64,000 bases of DNA from an uncultured virus (IMG/VR IMGVR_UViG_3300013120_000767). Taxonomy: Duplodnaviria > Heunggongvirae > Uroviricota > Caudoviricetes. Position 1 is the first letter of the stretch. Each line of letters opens with the position of its first letter. Below, piece after piece: positions 19,288 to 28,863 of this stretch. Position numbers and translations under genes: made by a program. The notes under the pieces are model-generated. The model had not been told where the DNA came from and did no database searches. It saw only the letters and a program-made list of their open reading frames with translations. Where the stretch lies: positions 62,001 through 126,000 of the IMG/VR virus record IMGVR_UViG_3300013120_000767. One strand, 5' to 3'.

Positions 19288-19853
19288 CAGTCCTCCGCAT
19301 ACCGGTCGCCTTCGTTAATGTCGGAAGGGTAGTCCTCCCCGGACCCCCTACCTCGCTGCTCCAACTTTCGCAACTCCACAATGCGAGACACCACCGCCAG
19401 GTCCCGGGAGATTTGCTTGTGCCGCATCTCCAGCATGCTGAAGGCGTGACAAGCACTTTCGTACCGCTCGTCCGCTTCCATATAGTCGACGTTGGCTCTC
19501 ACCGCTACTCGTCGCTTCTCCAGGGACTCTCCGTAGGCCAACCTGAGCTCGTGAATGACCCGGGACTCAACCGCTCTCTTAGTGGCCTCCCATGTGTTCT
19601 TGATCGTCTTCGCCTCCACCATCCGCTCCGCAATGTAGGCGTCCCAAATCCTCATTATCGCCATGAGTTGCTCTAATTCAGGGTTGGGCCAATCAGTGAT
19701 GTTCTCCGGGATTTGGGGATACTCCCTTTCAGGCAACTGGAATAGCGGTAACTTCCGGGCCTCCCAGTCGCCGAAGGCCCTGTCCACTGCAGCCTTCTTG
19801 CGTTCCCGGATAGCTCGTAGCTCTTCGGTTGACTTGAACCCTATTGCCATCAA
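19287..19853 (-). CDS. UvsY-like recombination mediator (putative)
   Basis: Helical 188 aa with 'VRANVDY..ISRDLAVVSRIVELRKLE'; lies near recA. Confidence 0.4.
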   Translation of the reverse strand: MMAIGFKSTEELRAIRERKKAAVDRAFGDWEARKLPLFQLPEREYPQIPENITDWPNPELEQLMAIMRIWDAYIAERMVEAKTIKNTWEATKRAVESRVIHELRLAYGESLEKRRVAVRANVDYMEADERYESACHAFSMLEMRHKQISRDLAVVSRIVELRKLEQRGRGSGEDYPSDINEGDRYAED

Positions 19854-20614
19854 CTCCTCCTTTTGAATACCTTACTGCGGGCGAGTGCCCCGGTCTTGGG
19901 CTGTCTGCGGCCAAAGCACTTATGGTAGTAGTCACAAGTGCTGCAAAGAAAAGAACTTTTCCCTACCGGCAAAGGCGGTAAGATCCCGGAGTCAACATAG
20001 GTCTCCTTGAACTTGGCCAACTCGGCCAGTTCTTTTGCCCATGCTTCCTCGGTGAGGTCCACCAATTTGGCGTGGGGCGTCCCTGTGTTCCGATTGACAA
20101 GGATTAGGATACCGGGCTGCCACAGCTTCAGCAGCGCCGCCGTCATCAGCATTTGGAAATAGTGTGACTGGGGGGTGTTCTTCACGTATTTCTTGAAGTA
20201 GGCATCCCCACAAGACTTGATCTCCCCCAGGAAGTCGTACTCTCCCTTGAGCAACTCAGCAATGATCAGATCGACCCGGGCCCGGGAGGTAATCCCCAAC
20301 ATCTCAGTGTCCGGCACTACGAACTCAATCAGTGTCTCCGGGAGCTTGCGTTTTATCCAGGTTTGGATAACTTCGTGAATGCAGTTCCCCATCTCCATCC
20401 TCAGCTGAGCCTGGAGCGTAGTTCGGCGCTTCGCCGTTTCACCGGTCAACTTGAAATACAGTTTCCGAGGGCACCAACCAAGGTCGGCCTGCGACGGGGT
20501 CAAGGTCTGGTTCTTCACTTCCGGCGGGTCGATCCGCAGTTCTTGCAGGATGCCGTTCAGCTGCTCGACCGCCTGCTCGTGGCGCGCTTCAATCATATGT
20601 ACTCCGTTTTCCAA
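19850..20614 (-). CDS. Cas4-like PD-(D/E)XK exonuclease
   Basis: 'WCPRKLYF', 'RVD..EIKS', 'YFQ' and C-terminal 'CSTCDYYHKC' (four Cys for an Fe-S cluster). Confidence 0.8.
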   Translation of the reverse strand: MENGVHMIEARHEQAVEQLNGILQELRIDPPEVKNQTLTPSQADLGWCPRKLYFKLTGETAKRRTTLQAQLRMEMGNCIHEVIQTWIKRKLPETLIEFVVPDTEMLGITSRARVDLIIAELLKGEYDFLGEIKSCGDAYFKKYVKNTPQSHYFQMLMTAALLKLWQPGILILVNRNTGTPHAKLVDLTEEAWAKELAELAKFKETYVDSGILPPLPVGKSSFLCSTCDYYHKCFGRRQPKTGALARSKVFKRRS

Positions 20615-20970
20615 AGTGGCTTCATGCCGCCAGGGTAGATAGTGACGGTTTTGCGACCGTCGTCCTTATGCTCCTCCAGGACGGCGTCGACGTCGGCGTG
20701 CACAACTACCGCATACTGCCGATGGTCGAAGACGACGGCAAACGCCGGCGCCAGCCCCAGGCGAGCCGCCCGTTGGCGGATGGCCAATAGGAGGTCCTTG
20801 TTGACCCGGTGCCCCGTGGCGCAGGTGTGCTTCACTTCCACCAAGTGAGTGGCCGAGATTACGTCTTGTTTCCGGGCTGGGTTGCGGGAGCACCCCGATC
20901 CTTTCTGAAGCTCCCCCTCGTACAGGCGGGCAACCGCTGCTTCTGCTTCCTGCCAAGTCATGTCCGCCAT
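20593..20970 (-). CDS. PD-(D/E)XK nuclease, Holliday junction resolvase-like
   Basis: 'E..VA..GSG..KQDV..LVEVKHT'. Confidence 0.65.
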   Translation of the reverse strand: MADMTWQEAEAAVARLYEGELQKGSGCSRNPARKQDVISATHLVEVKHTCATGHRVNKDLLLAIRQRAARLGLAPAFAVVFDHRQYAVVVHADVDAVLEEHKDDGRKTVTIYPGGMKPLWKTEYI

Positions 20971-20978
20971 GCCTCCAT

Positions 20979-21098
20979 ATTAGATGTGCTTTCGTTGGCA
21001 GCGGACACCTTCGCCTTCAGGCAGTTGAGGAACTGCCTGGTGGGCTTGGTACGCGTGCCCCCAGCCGCTACTTTGGTAGTAGTTAGGGGAGTTGTCAA
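20979..21098 (+). mobile_element. Miniature IS200/IS605-derived element, copy A (degenerate)
   Basis: Left part aligns with 52339-52398 (minus); right part is a hairpin followed by AGTTGTCAA, a typical IS605 right end. Confidence 0.5.
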
Positions 21099-22279
21099 GA
21101 CGTCCTCATGAGGATACCCTTCTTCCGCAGGACCTTTTCCCAGATCTCGTCGTACAGCCCGTGCTCCTCCACGTAGTTGCAGAGGGGGTCGTAGCCAATA
21201 CCCCCGAACTCTCCATATGAGAAGTGGGAAGTCCCAGCCCTGTGAATGACCTCGTACATGACGGCCGTAGTCACCAGGTCCATGGTCCGGTCGATGCCGG
21301 AGTAAGGGTTGAACAGCAGCACTCCTCGAGCTCCGTCGCCGTGCCCGTACTTGCCCCGGGCAATTTTCCAGACGATTTTCTGCCCGCCTTCCTTGTCAAC
21401 GTCCTTCCGCACTCGGATGACGGCGGCGGTGTTGTGCTTCAGCGCCTCCCCGAACGGGAGGGTGAAGTTGTCCCCGGGCATCATCGACTTGCGAGCCTGG
21501 GAGGTCACCAGCACTGAAGTGGGGTTGAACTTCCCCTGGTGGTACTGGAGGAACAGGTTGAGCTTCTGCGTGAACTCCCCGAACAGGCGGGCGAAAGCCC
21601 CCCGGCGGGGGTCGTCCCCCAGCTTCTTCTCGGCGATTTCCCTGGGCGGCAGAGCGCCTAAGTCATCCACCACCGCAAGCTGGTACGTCCGGGTGCTCAC
21701 CAGAGTCAGGAACCCCTCCAGTACCCGCTCCAGGGCCCGGGGGCTGCTGTAGTCGGCGAAGAGGAAGTCCAGCTGCCCCATGGTCGCTCCTGCTTCTTTG
21801 ATCTCCTGGGGCGTGGGGGGTTGCCCATGGTATCCCTGGTACAGCGCGATGAACTCTTCTTTCTCTTCCTTGTTGAACGGGATCTTCAACCGGTGTATGC
21901 GAGCGTAGGGGCGGTCCAACGGCAGTCCCAAAGACAGGAACAGGCCCTTGAAGTCCTTGCCGTACGTCCGCTGCGCCTCCCGCAAGTTCCACATGGTCAG
22001 AAGGGTCTTGCCTGCCCCGTACGGGCCGTACAGGATGGTGGCGGCTCCGGACCCGGCTCCGCCGGCAATTTCGACGTCAAGGGAGGGGACGCCGAAGGGG
22101 CGGCGGATGCTCTGGTTGGTAATCAAGTCGGCGGCTCTAACCAGGTGCACCCCTTTCTTGGCGAGGGCTGCCCTAATCGCTTCGGCTTGTTCGGCCGGCG
22201 TAAGGCTCCCCTTCTTCTCCTTCTTCGGGCCCTTCTTCGTTCCTTTTTTCTCTGCTTTCTTACTCCCCTTCTTTGCCAC
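21095..22279 (-). CDS. recA: RecA/UvsX-like recombinase
   Basis: 'GVPSLDVEIAGG', Walker A GPYGAGKT, 'VVDDLGAL', 'ARLF', 'TSQAR', 'GEALKH', 'GID..DLV..AV'. Confidence 0.8.
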   Translation of the reverse strand: MAKKGSKKAEKKGTKKGPKKEKKGSLTPAEQAEAIRAALAKKGVHLVRAADLITNQSIRRPFGVPSLDVEIAGGAGSGAATILYGPYGAGKTLLTMWNLREAQRTYGKDFKGLFLSLGLPLDRPYARIHRLKIPFNKEEKEEFIALYQGYHGQPPTPQEIKEAGATMGQLDFLFADYSSPRALERVLEGFLTLVSTRTYQLAVVDDLGALPPREIAEKKLGDDPRRGAFARLFGEFTQKLNLFLQYHQGKFNPTSVLVTSQARKSMMPGDNFTLPFGEALKHNTAAVIRVRKDVDKEGGQKIVWKIARGKYGHGDGARGVLLFNPYSGIDRTMDLVTTAVMYEVIHRAGTSHFSYGEFGGIGYDPLCNYVEEHGLYDEIWEKVLRKKGILMRTS

Positions 22280-22415
22280 GTCTCACCTCGAACGGCTCAG
22301 TTCCGCACTTCGGGCACCAGTGAGCGCCCCCCCGCTTCTCTACTTTGCTCCCGCACTTGGGGCACTTCCCGTCCTTTGGACCTTCAGTTTGCACTGCCAG
22401 TTTTTCTAGAACCAT
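22260..22415 (-). CDS. Small zinc-finger protein
   Basis: CPKCG...CPKCG; RBS GGAGGAG. Confidence 0.65.
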   Translation of the reverse strand: MVLEKLAVQTEGPKDGKCPKCGSKVEKRGGAHWCPKCGTEPFEVRRGKEGE

Positions 22416-22734
22416 GACGCTCCTCCCAATCACGTTTGAAGTTGTCGTCGCTTTTCTTGGCGAGCCTAAGGAGCTCCCTGGCGACGTTTGAGTGTGGCTC
22501 GGACTTCTGCATGCGGAGGACCTTGACCACCTCGTGTGGGCTCTTTGCCTGTATGTAGCGGTGTCTCTCCTCTTCTCCCGGGATAGGTGACCCCCCAACA
22601 ATTTGGAGCAGGTAACCTACCTTTGTGCGGTATAGCCGCAGCTCCGTGTGCCGCTCCCACCCGCCTTCGGTGGAGGCCTCGGCCACCAGAGCGCCGCTAA
22701 AGGAGAACACTAACTTCCCTGGTTTCTTGGTCAT
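22384..22734 (-). CDS. Hypothetical protein
   Basis: RBS AGGAG; 'ELRLYRTKVGYLL'. Confidence 0.6.
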   Translation of the reverse strand: MTKKPGKLVFSFSGALVAEASTEGGWERHTELRLYRTKVGYLLQIVGGSPIPGEEERHRYIQAKSPHEVVKVLRMQKSEPHSNVARELLRLAKKSDDNFKRDWEERHGSRKTGSAN

Positions 22735-22795
22735 CGAATCTCCTGTGGGGGGCCCGTTTCCGGACCCCCCAGTTCCTTCCAAACACTAGGCCGTC

Positions 22796-23260
22796 TCAGG
22801 ACGCCAGCAACTCAGCTTCTGCTCCCTGGAACCGAGTGAACTTCTCCGGGATGCACCCCGGGCTCCACTTGGCGACGACCTGAACTCCTTCTTCGACCAC
22901 CTTGACGTAGCCGACGTAGGGCTCGCCCTGGCTGGGGCGGAACAGCCGCAGACCGGTCACGGTGGACCGGAAGCAGTCGTACCGCTGCTTCACCAGCTCC
23001 CCGTCACCCTTCACGATGACGCACTGAGTGCCGGCGATGATGAGCGGCCGGTACCCTTTGCGCACGTCCCGGGAGAGGACGACCCAGCCATTACGCCGGC
23101 CGCCCTTGGTGCGGGCTGCAATGAAACCGTCTCCCACCAGGTTCTTCTCTTCGAGAGCTTCGTTGAACTCTCCCTCTCGGTAGTGTTTACCCCAGCCGAT
23201 GAAGCCGGGGCGGCCGGACCGCCAAGATGCCTTGGCCCGACCAAGTTTCTTTTTCGCCAT
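22796..23260 (-). CDS. Hypothetical protein
   Basis: 154 aa, RBS AAGGAGG; downstream of a GCTATAAGAAC motif. Confidence 0.65.
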   Translation of the reverse strand: MAKKKLGRAKASWRSGRPGFIGWGKHYREGEFNEALEEKNLVGDGFIAARTKGGRRNGWVVLSRDVRKGYRPLIIAGTQCVIVKGDGELVKQRYDCFRSTVTGLRLFRPSQGEPYVGYVKVVEEGVQVVAKWSPGCIPEKFTRFQGAEAELLAS

Positions 23261-23330
23261 ATCAATGGCCTCCTTCCACCTCCCCTCAGGCGGAACAAGT
23301 TCCTGAGCCCGGAGTAGGGGTTTCCCCGGA

Positions 23331-23711
23331 CTAATTCACTCCACCGTTCTTATAGCAGATTCCCCCGAGCGACTGAGTGTACTGAAGTACGATTCCGGGC
23401 TTCCCTTCCTGCGAAACCGCTGCTACTACGGCGTACTCCCTCTTCTCCCGGCTGTAGCCGATCCACAGGCAGTTGGGTGGCGGCCCCAACTCGTCCAGGT
23501 CCAGGGCTACCCAACTCCCAATGCGTTGGGGGGCGTCGGCGCTTACCAGCCAGAAACGCCCCCGTTCGTTTTGGGAGACAGTGAGCCCCGACGGAAGCGT
23601 ACCAGCCTTGTCATACCTCCGAAACACCCGCACCAATGTCTGCACGAACCCGTCCAGGTCGTCTGTCTCCTCAAAGATGGGGTGGCAAAACCTCCGTCGT
23701 TGCGCTTTCAT
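23331..23711 (-). CDS. Hypothetical protein
   Basis: ATGA overlap with the polymerase gene. Confidence 0.6.
   Translation of the reverse strand: MKAQRRRFCHPIFEETDDLDGFVQTLVRVFRRYDKAGTLPSGLTVSQNERGRFWLVSADAPQRIGSWVALDLDELGPPPNCLWIGYSREKREYAVVAAVSQEGKPGIVLQYTQSLGGICYKNGGVN
23346..23356 (-). promoter_or_regulatory. Candidate phage-specific promoter GCTATAAGAAC
   Basis: Identical to 58087-58097 and one mismatch from 51076-51086. Confidence 0.5.
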
Positions 23712-25606
23712 TTTCCCTCTTCCCAGTTGTCCGCCACTGCTGCGTCTACAGTGAGGGGGACATCCAGTTCAATCCCGGGGTGCTCCATATCCGCCCGGAC
23801 GAGCTCGAGGGCCCGGGCAGCATGTTCCGCAGGTACTTCGATAATGATTTCATCGTGCACCTGCAAGAGCATCTCGGCTCCTAACTTCCGGAGTTCCTCG
23901 TCGGCGTCCATCTTCACCATGGCCAGCTTCATGATTTCGGCCGCCGTCCCCTGAATGGGGGTGTTATACGTTCTGCGCTGGGCCTCTGCAATAGCGCTCC
24001 ACTGCTTCCGGCTCTTGGGCCAGTAAACATAGCGCTTCCTTCCAAAGTACGTCGGGATGAACCCCTGCTCCTTTGAGAAGTCGACACAGTCGTCGAAGAA
24101 TTCCCGGACGTCGTAGTGGACGTCCCAGTACGCGTCCAGGTACTTCTGGGCTTCCCGTTTGGACACGATCATGCCAGCGTCCTTCTTCAGGTTTTTGACG
24201 AGCCCGTAGGCGGTCAACCCGTAGAGAACTCCAAAGTTGATGGTTTTGGCCACGGAGCGGTACTTCAGGAGCTGCTCGTCTCGTTCCGTGACGTCCCCTT
24301 TGGGCTTTTTCTTGGCTGCGACGATGTCCTCGTACGGGACGTTGAACATGCGGGACGCCGTCAGCGAGTGCATGTCCATGCCTTGCAAGATGGGCTCAAG
24401 TAGGGTCTTGGCCTGCGCCAGGTGCGCCAACACCCGCATTTCGATCTGGGCGTAGTCGGCCGCGATGAGCTTGTAGCCCTCCCTGGCAACGAACGCCCGG
24501 CGGATGTGGAAGCCGTGCTTGTCTTTGTCCGAACGGGGGATATTTTGCAGATTAGGATCTGAACTTGACAAGCGCCCCGTCGCAGTTACATGCTGGTTGA
24601 AGTGGGTATGGATGACGTCCTCTATCATCCGCTCCAGGGGGCCCTTGACGTAAGTGCCTCGGAACTTGTCCACCCCCCGGTACTCCTGGATGAGCTCCAG
24701 GACTGGGTCGTTCAAGTTCTGCTCCTGGTCCAGCAAGGTGGACAGGGACTCCGCATCGGTAGAGGGCAAGCCGGTGTCGGTCTTCCCCACTACTGAGTAG
24801 CCCAACACCTCGAACAGCGCATAGCGCAGCTGCGGGTGGGACTTCATGTTGACCACCCGCCCAGCGTAGCGGGAGAACTGCTCCGTGATCTTCCGGAGGC
24901 GCTCCTGCATGGGCGCCAGCAACCCTTCCAAGTACTCCCGGTCCAACCGCATCCCTCGGCGCTCCATCCTCCACAGAATGGGAGCCAGCGGACGCTCCAT
25001 GGTGATGTAGTAGTCCCATAGGGTGCACTTCTTGCCCGTAGTGTACGCCTCGGCCTCATACAGGTCCTTGAATATCACGTGGAAGATCATGATGGTCAAC
25101 CACGCATCCTTGGCCGCGTAGTCGACCAGTTGCACAAAGTCTTCGCCGGTGACGTCCTCCAATTTCATCTTGGAGAAGTTATACTGCCGGAACTTCTTCG
25201 GGGGCACCCCGAGTATCTTCCAGGAGAGCCCCTTCAAGTCGTGGAACCCGTCCGGGTCCCACAGGTTGGACATCATTTGGGTGTCGAAGCAGCGGGCCCA
25301 GAGCTTCATCGGGTCGAATCCTGCATTGGTCAGCAGGTGGATGTCATAGGCGGCATTGTGGAAGATTAGAATAGTGCTCGAGTCTTCTTCCAGGAATTGC
25401 TTCAGCGCATCCAGCGTGTACGCCTTGGTGGCGTACCTCGCTTCGGTGTTCGCAAAGGACCACAGCACGATGTGGTCCCGAATGATGTCCAACCCTGTGG
25501 TCTCGGTGTCAACGGCAAGGAACCCCCCCGTGGAGGCTTCGCGCAGCTTAGCGAGGACCTCCTCGCTGGTTTCCAAATACTGTGGTGGGGGGATTTCCCT
25601 GATCAT
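23708..25606 (-). CDS. polA: Family A DNA polymerase (3'-5' exonuclease plus polymerase, no 5' nuclease)
   Basis: ExoI DTETTG, ExoII FHNAAYD, ExoIII YAAKD; TGRLSSSDPNLQNIP; motif A DYAQIEMR; motif B RSVAKTINFGVLYG; motif C VHDE. Confidence 0.97.
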   Translation of the reverse strand: MIREIPPPQYLETSEEVLAKLREASTGGFLAVDTETTGLDIIRDHIVLWSFANTEARYATKAYTLDALKQFLEEDSSTILIFHNAAYDIHLLTNAGFDPMKLWARCFDTQMMSNLWDPDGFHDLKGLSWKILGVPPKKFRQYNFSKMKLEDVTGEDFVQLVDYAAKDAWLTIMIFHVIFKDLYEAEAYTTGKKCTLWDYYITMERPLAPILWRMERRGMRLDREYLEGLLAPMQERLRKITEQFSRYAGRVVNMKSHPQLRYALFEVLGYSVVGKTDTGLPSTDAESLSTLLDQEQNLNDPVLELIQEYRGVDKFRGTYVKGPLERMIEDVIHTHFNQHVTATGRLSSSDPNLQNIPRSDKDKHGFHIRRAFVAREGYKLIAADYAQIEMRVLAHLAQAKTLLEPILQGMDMHSLTASRMFNVPYEDIVAAKKKPKGDVTERDEQLLKYRSVAKTINFGVLYGLTAYGLVKNLKKDAGMIVSKREAQKYLDAYWDVHYDVREFFDDCVDFSKEQGFIPTYFGRKRYVYWPKSRKQWSAIAEAQRRTYNTPIQGTAAEIMKLAMVKMDADEELRKLGAEMLLQVHDEIIIEVPAEHAARALELVRADMEHPGIELDVPLTVDAAVADNWEEGK

Positions 25607-26664
25607 CAGGCGGCCTCACCCTCCGTCTTGGACCTGGCTTGCGCCCGGAAGGGGTTGGGTATCCCCAACAGCGCTGCTTGGTCGTCTGTGGACTGGCGGT
25701 CGTACGCCTTGAACCGGTAGGGGTACTTTCGGGCCTCCAGCATGCCCTCGTCCTCAACGGCCGTTGGGAAGTGGTTGTGCAGCTTGAGCACCTTCCCTCG
25801 CCCCTTGGGGTTCGGCACCTGCTCAATCTCCAAGTCGCAATCCCAGATATCGTAGAAGGTGGGGCTCCCGCACCCTTCCGAGACTTCCTGGGTACGGTGG
25901 TTGCGAACCTGGCAGTCGTGCTCCAGCTCCATGTAGCCCTCATGTCCGCAGTGGGGGCACTTGGCCTCCTCTACTTCCATCAGGAGTAGCGCGTCAAGGC
26001 CCACGTGGATCGCCTTACCGCACTTGGGGCAAGTCGCCTCGACAGGGAGCACCTCGCCCTCGTCGCAGGAGCGGCACTTCCGGGAGATCTCCCGGGACCA
26101 TTGGCAGAATGCCTCCCAACCAGCCTCGTCGAGGTCCAAGTGGCATTTCCGCCAATTGACCGTGACGTGCCCCGCTTTGCAGTGCTCGCAGCCCTCCCCC
26201 GTGCAGCGGGCGTAGCGGAAGCGGAACCCCTCGTCGTCCGGGTCCTTGCCCTCACTGCCCTCCAGCGGTACCTTGTGCAGCTTTGCATACTGGATGATGT
26301 TCACGGCGTACCAGGGGTTGGCGTAGAAGTGGTGCTTCGAAGTTTCCTTGAAGTACTCCTCGTCTTCCCAGCAAGGCACGCAGTCCTCGTCCCGATTGCC
26401 GGCGTGGCAATTGCAGGTGAGGAACCACCCCATCTTCTGGGGGTTGAACGGGTTCTGCACCCCGGGGGCCCAGCCCCGGTAATGCACGAACACTGCCTCG
26501 TTTTCATCCTCTCCGTACGTCCCGGGGAACGCCCGGATGACCTCCCGCTGACCGTCTTGGAGAATCAGCTTCGGATCGGTCCTCGTGCTGGTGAACTGGC
26601 GACTCCTCTTCTTGCGCCGCTTGTCCCCTCTGTACTGATTCAACAACTTGTCGTCTACCCGCAT
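25606..26664 (-). CDS. Zinc-rich ssDNA-binding protein (putative)
   Basis: Many CxxC pairs; lies between primase and polymerase, the usual SSB position. Confidence 0.5.
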   Translation of the reverse strand: MRVDDKLLNQYRGDKRRKKRSRQFTSTRTDPKLILQDGQREVIRAFPGTYGEDENEAVFVHYRGWAPGVQNPFNPQKMGWFLTCNCHAGNRDEDCVPCWEDEEYFKETSKHHFYANPWYAVNIIQYAKLHKVPLEGSEGKDPDDEGFRFRYARCTGEGCEHCKAGHVTVNWRKCHLDLDEAGWEAFCQWSREISRKCRSCDEGEVLPVEATCPKCGKAIHVGLDALLLMEVEEAKCPHCGHEGYMELEHDCQVRNHRTQEVSEGCGSPTFYDIWDCDLEIEQVPNPKGRGKVLKLHNHFPTAVEDEGMLEARKYPYRFKAYDRQSTDDQAALLGIPNPFRAQARSKTEGEAA

Positions 26665-27604
26665 GAGCTCCTCCTATGTTGTGCTCAAGTATACTCCTAA
26701 CTTCCCTCACCGACAGCTCGTCGGGTTGGGTGGCTTCACAATCTTCGCCGTAGTCTACAATGTGGGCCTTCACTCCCCGCCACCGTAGCTTGCCTCGGTA
26801 GCTCCAAGCGGCCCGTTGGCCCTCCTCGTCGTTGTCCATGAACAGCAGTACCCGGGCGTCGTACTTGGTCAACACCCGGACTTGCTCTCCCCCCATCGCC
26901 CCCATGGCTCCCAGGACGTTGGGGAAGCCTGCCTCAAACACCCTCATGGACTGCTTGGGCCCCTCCGTCAGGATGATGGTATCGTACTCGCTCTCCCACA
27001 CGGCAGGGAGGACCACGTGCCCATTGATGAAACACTCGTCCTTCCCTGTTTCATCGTAGACGACGTCCATGCTGGAGAACTCCTCGGGGGAGTAAAATCG
27101 GTACCGGGTCTGCCAGTCCTCTACGGCCTTCAAGTCCCGGTAGTGCAAGGCTCGTAGCCTCCTCCGGTGATCCCGGATGGGATACACAACCCGGTCCCGC
27201 TCAGCATCGTACCTGACGTCGAAGTGGTCGATGACGCGGTCAGGGAACGGGAGCTTCCCATACGCTTCGGGGAAGAGGAACAGGACCTCCTCCGGCAGCG
27301 TGCTTGGCCCCTTCTTGGCAATCTTGGGAATTCGGGGGGCGTCGGACACCAGCCCCGCCTGCTTGATTTGCCTGTACGTCTCCCCCATCTCCAGCTCGGC
27401 CAACAGCTGGTACAGCGTCCACCCCCGATTGCAGGACTTGCAGTTGCACAGGCCCGTATGTATGTGCATGGTAAATGACCACCCACGGTGGCGCCCACCC
27501 GAGTGGAACGGGCATTTGAACATGACGTTCTCCGACCCGCCCCTGCGGCAGGGGCCGAGGACTCCCTCAACCCAGTCGATCAAAGGTGTCTTGTTGCCTA
27601 CCAT
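26504..27604 (-). CDS. DnaG-type primase (CHC2 zinc finger plus TOPRIM)
   Basis: 'CPFH..CKSC'; 'RVVYPIRD'; 'ILTEG'; 'FMDNDEEG'. Confidence 0.9.
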   Translation of the reverse strand: MVGNKTPLIDWVEGVLGPCRRGGSENVMFKCPFHSGGRHRGWSFTMHIHTGLCNCKSCNRGWTLYQLLAELEMGETYRQIKQAGLVSDAPRIPKIAKKGPSTLPEEVLFLFPEAYGKLPFPDRVIDHFDVRYDAERDRVVYPIRDHRRRLRALHYRDLKAVEDWQTRYRFYSPEEFSSMDVVYDETGKDECFINGHVVLPAVWESEYDTIILTEGPKQSMRVFEAGFPNVLGAMGAMGGEQVRVLTKYDARVLLFMDNDEEGQRAAWSYRGKLRWRGVKAHIVDYGEDCEATQPDELSVREVRSILEHNIGGAHAGRRQVVESVQRGQAAQEEESPVHQHEDRSEADSPRRSAGGHPGVPRDVRRG

Positions 27605-28863
27605 AGTGGCGTATCCTCCCGTTCCTCCTTCTCCTGTTGTTGATTGGCGGCCATCGCCATGTCATCGCCGGGGGAGTAGTTTATCTTGAACGGTTTGATT
27701 GGCAGCTTCCGCTCTGCCGGGAAGCCTACCCACATATAGCTAGCCCGGGCCGGCCGGCGCAATTTTATGGATAGGTCAGGTTTGGCGTATACGTTTTGTG
27801 AATAGGCGTAATCGGACTGGTCCTCAATGCCGCTGGTCTTGGCCTCCCGAATATGGGACTGCCACGAAGCCAGGAAGTGAACCTTGGTGCGGTTGGAAAT
27901 CCCACACGCTTCAGTGATGAGGTTCGACTGTTTACGCCAGTCCAAGTCGTCCGCTGCGGCGTAGAGGGCGTCGTAGTACAGTACGTCCGGGCCAAACGAG
28001 TTGATTGCCTCCCGCACCGCCGCCAACCCTTCTCCGTTGTCCTCGTAGATTCTGAGCTTGGAGCGCATCCCGGACATATTGGTTTCACTGCGTAGTTTCT
28101 GCAAGAAGTCCAAGAACCGGGCTTTTTCGTCGTCGAGCAGCTGCCCCCGCCAGTACTTCTCCAACGAAATGCGCGCCAACTGGCACGCCAGAATGGTGAG
28201 TACTTCCGGCCCTTGCATCTCCTTACCGACAATTACCGCCACGCGGGCGTGATGGTAGCCGAAGAAGTGAGCACAAGCCTCCAAGCAGAACATGGTCTTT
28301 CCGGTTTTTGGCGGGGCGGAAACCAACGTGAACTTCCCAGGGCAGGCGCCGCCCGTCCCCTCGTTGATCGGGCTCCAGGGCCAAGGGATGCCGATGATTC
28401 CATCATTGGTGCCAATCAGCTCCATCTCCTTAATGATATGGTCGTAAGCAGAGGTCGCTAAATCGAGTGAGGTGGCGCCCACCACCGGCGCCAGGTCGGA
28501 GCAGAGCTCCTGCATCATTTCCAATGCTTGGCTCGGATTTACTTGGGACATGTTTTCGATGCCGGGGAGGTGGACCGCCATGTGGCGGCGCATTTTCTCT
28601 TCGACCAGCATGGACACCAGGACGTTGAGGGTGTAAGTGGTTCTCTTGGGCAAGTCTACTTCTGCAAAGCGGGCCAACAGGACATCTTCCGTAGGTGTGG
28701 TTCCCCACCGGTCCTTGTCATGGTACCAACTGAACAGGTAGTCATACAGGACCAGGGCATCCACTGTGACCAGTAAGTCTCGGCGCAGCCCTACCTTTAC
28801 TCCCTCCCCGAAACCTTCGTTTACCAGGGCTCTTACGGCCTGGAGTTCAATGCTAGCGCCCAT
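27598..28863 (-). CDS. DnaB-like replicative helicase
   Basis: 'GIPWPWSPINEGTGG', Walker A APPKTGKT, 'KEM', Walker B 'LYYDA'. Confidence 0.85.
   Translation of the reverse strand: MGASIELQAVRALVNEGFGEGVKVGLRRDLLVTVDALVLYDYLFSWYHDKDRWGTTPTEDVLLARFAEVDLPKRTTYTLNVLVSMLVEEKMRRHMAVHLPGIENMSQVNPSQALEMMQELCSDLAPVVGATSLDLATSAYDHIIKEMELIGTNDGIIGIPWPWSPINEGTGGACPGKFTLVSAPPKTGKTMFCLEACAHFFGYHHARVAVIVGKEMQGPEVLTILACQLARISLEKYWRGQLLDDEKARFLDFLQKLRSETNMSGMRSKLRIYEDNGEGLAAVREAINSFGPDVLYYDALYAAADDLDWRKQSNLITEACGISNRTKVHFLASWQSHIREAKTSGIEDQSDYAYSQNVYAKPDLSIKLRRPARASYMWVGFPAERKLPIKPFKINYSPGDDMAMAANQQQEKEEREDTPLW

Noticed and set aside
19850..20614. Cas4-like gene as part of a CRISPR-Cas system
   Set aside because: Solo Cas4-like nucleases are common in phage replication clusters; no cas1/cas2 or array in the window.
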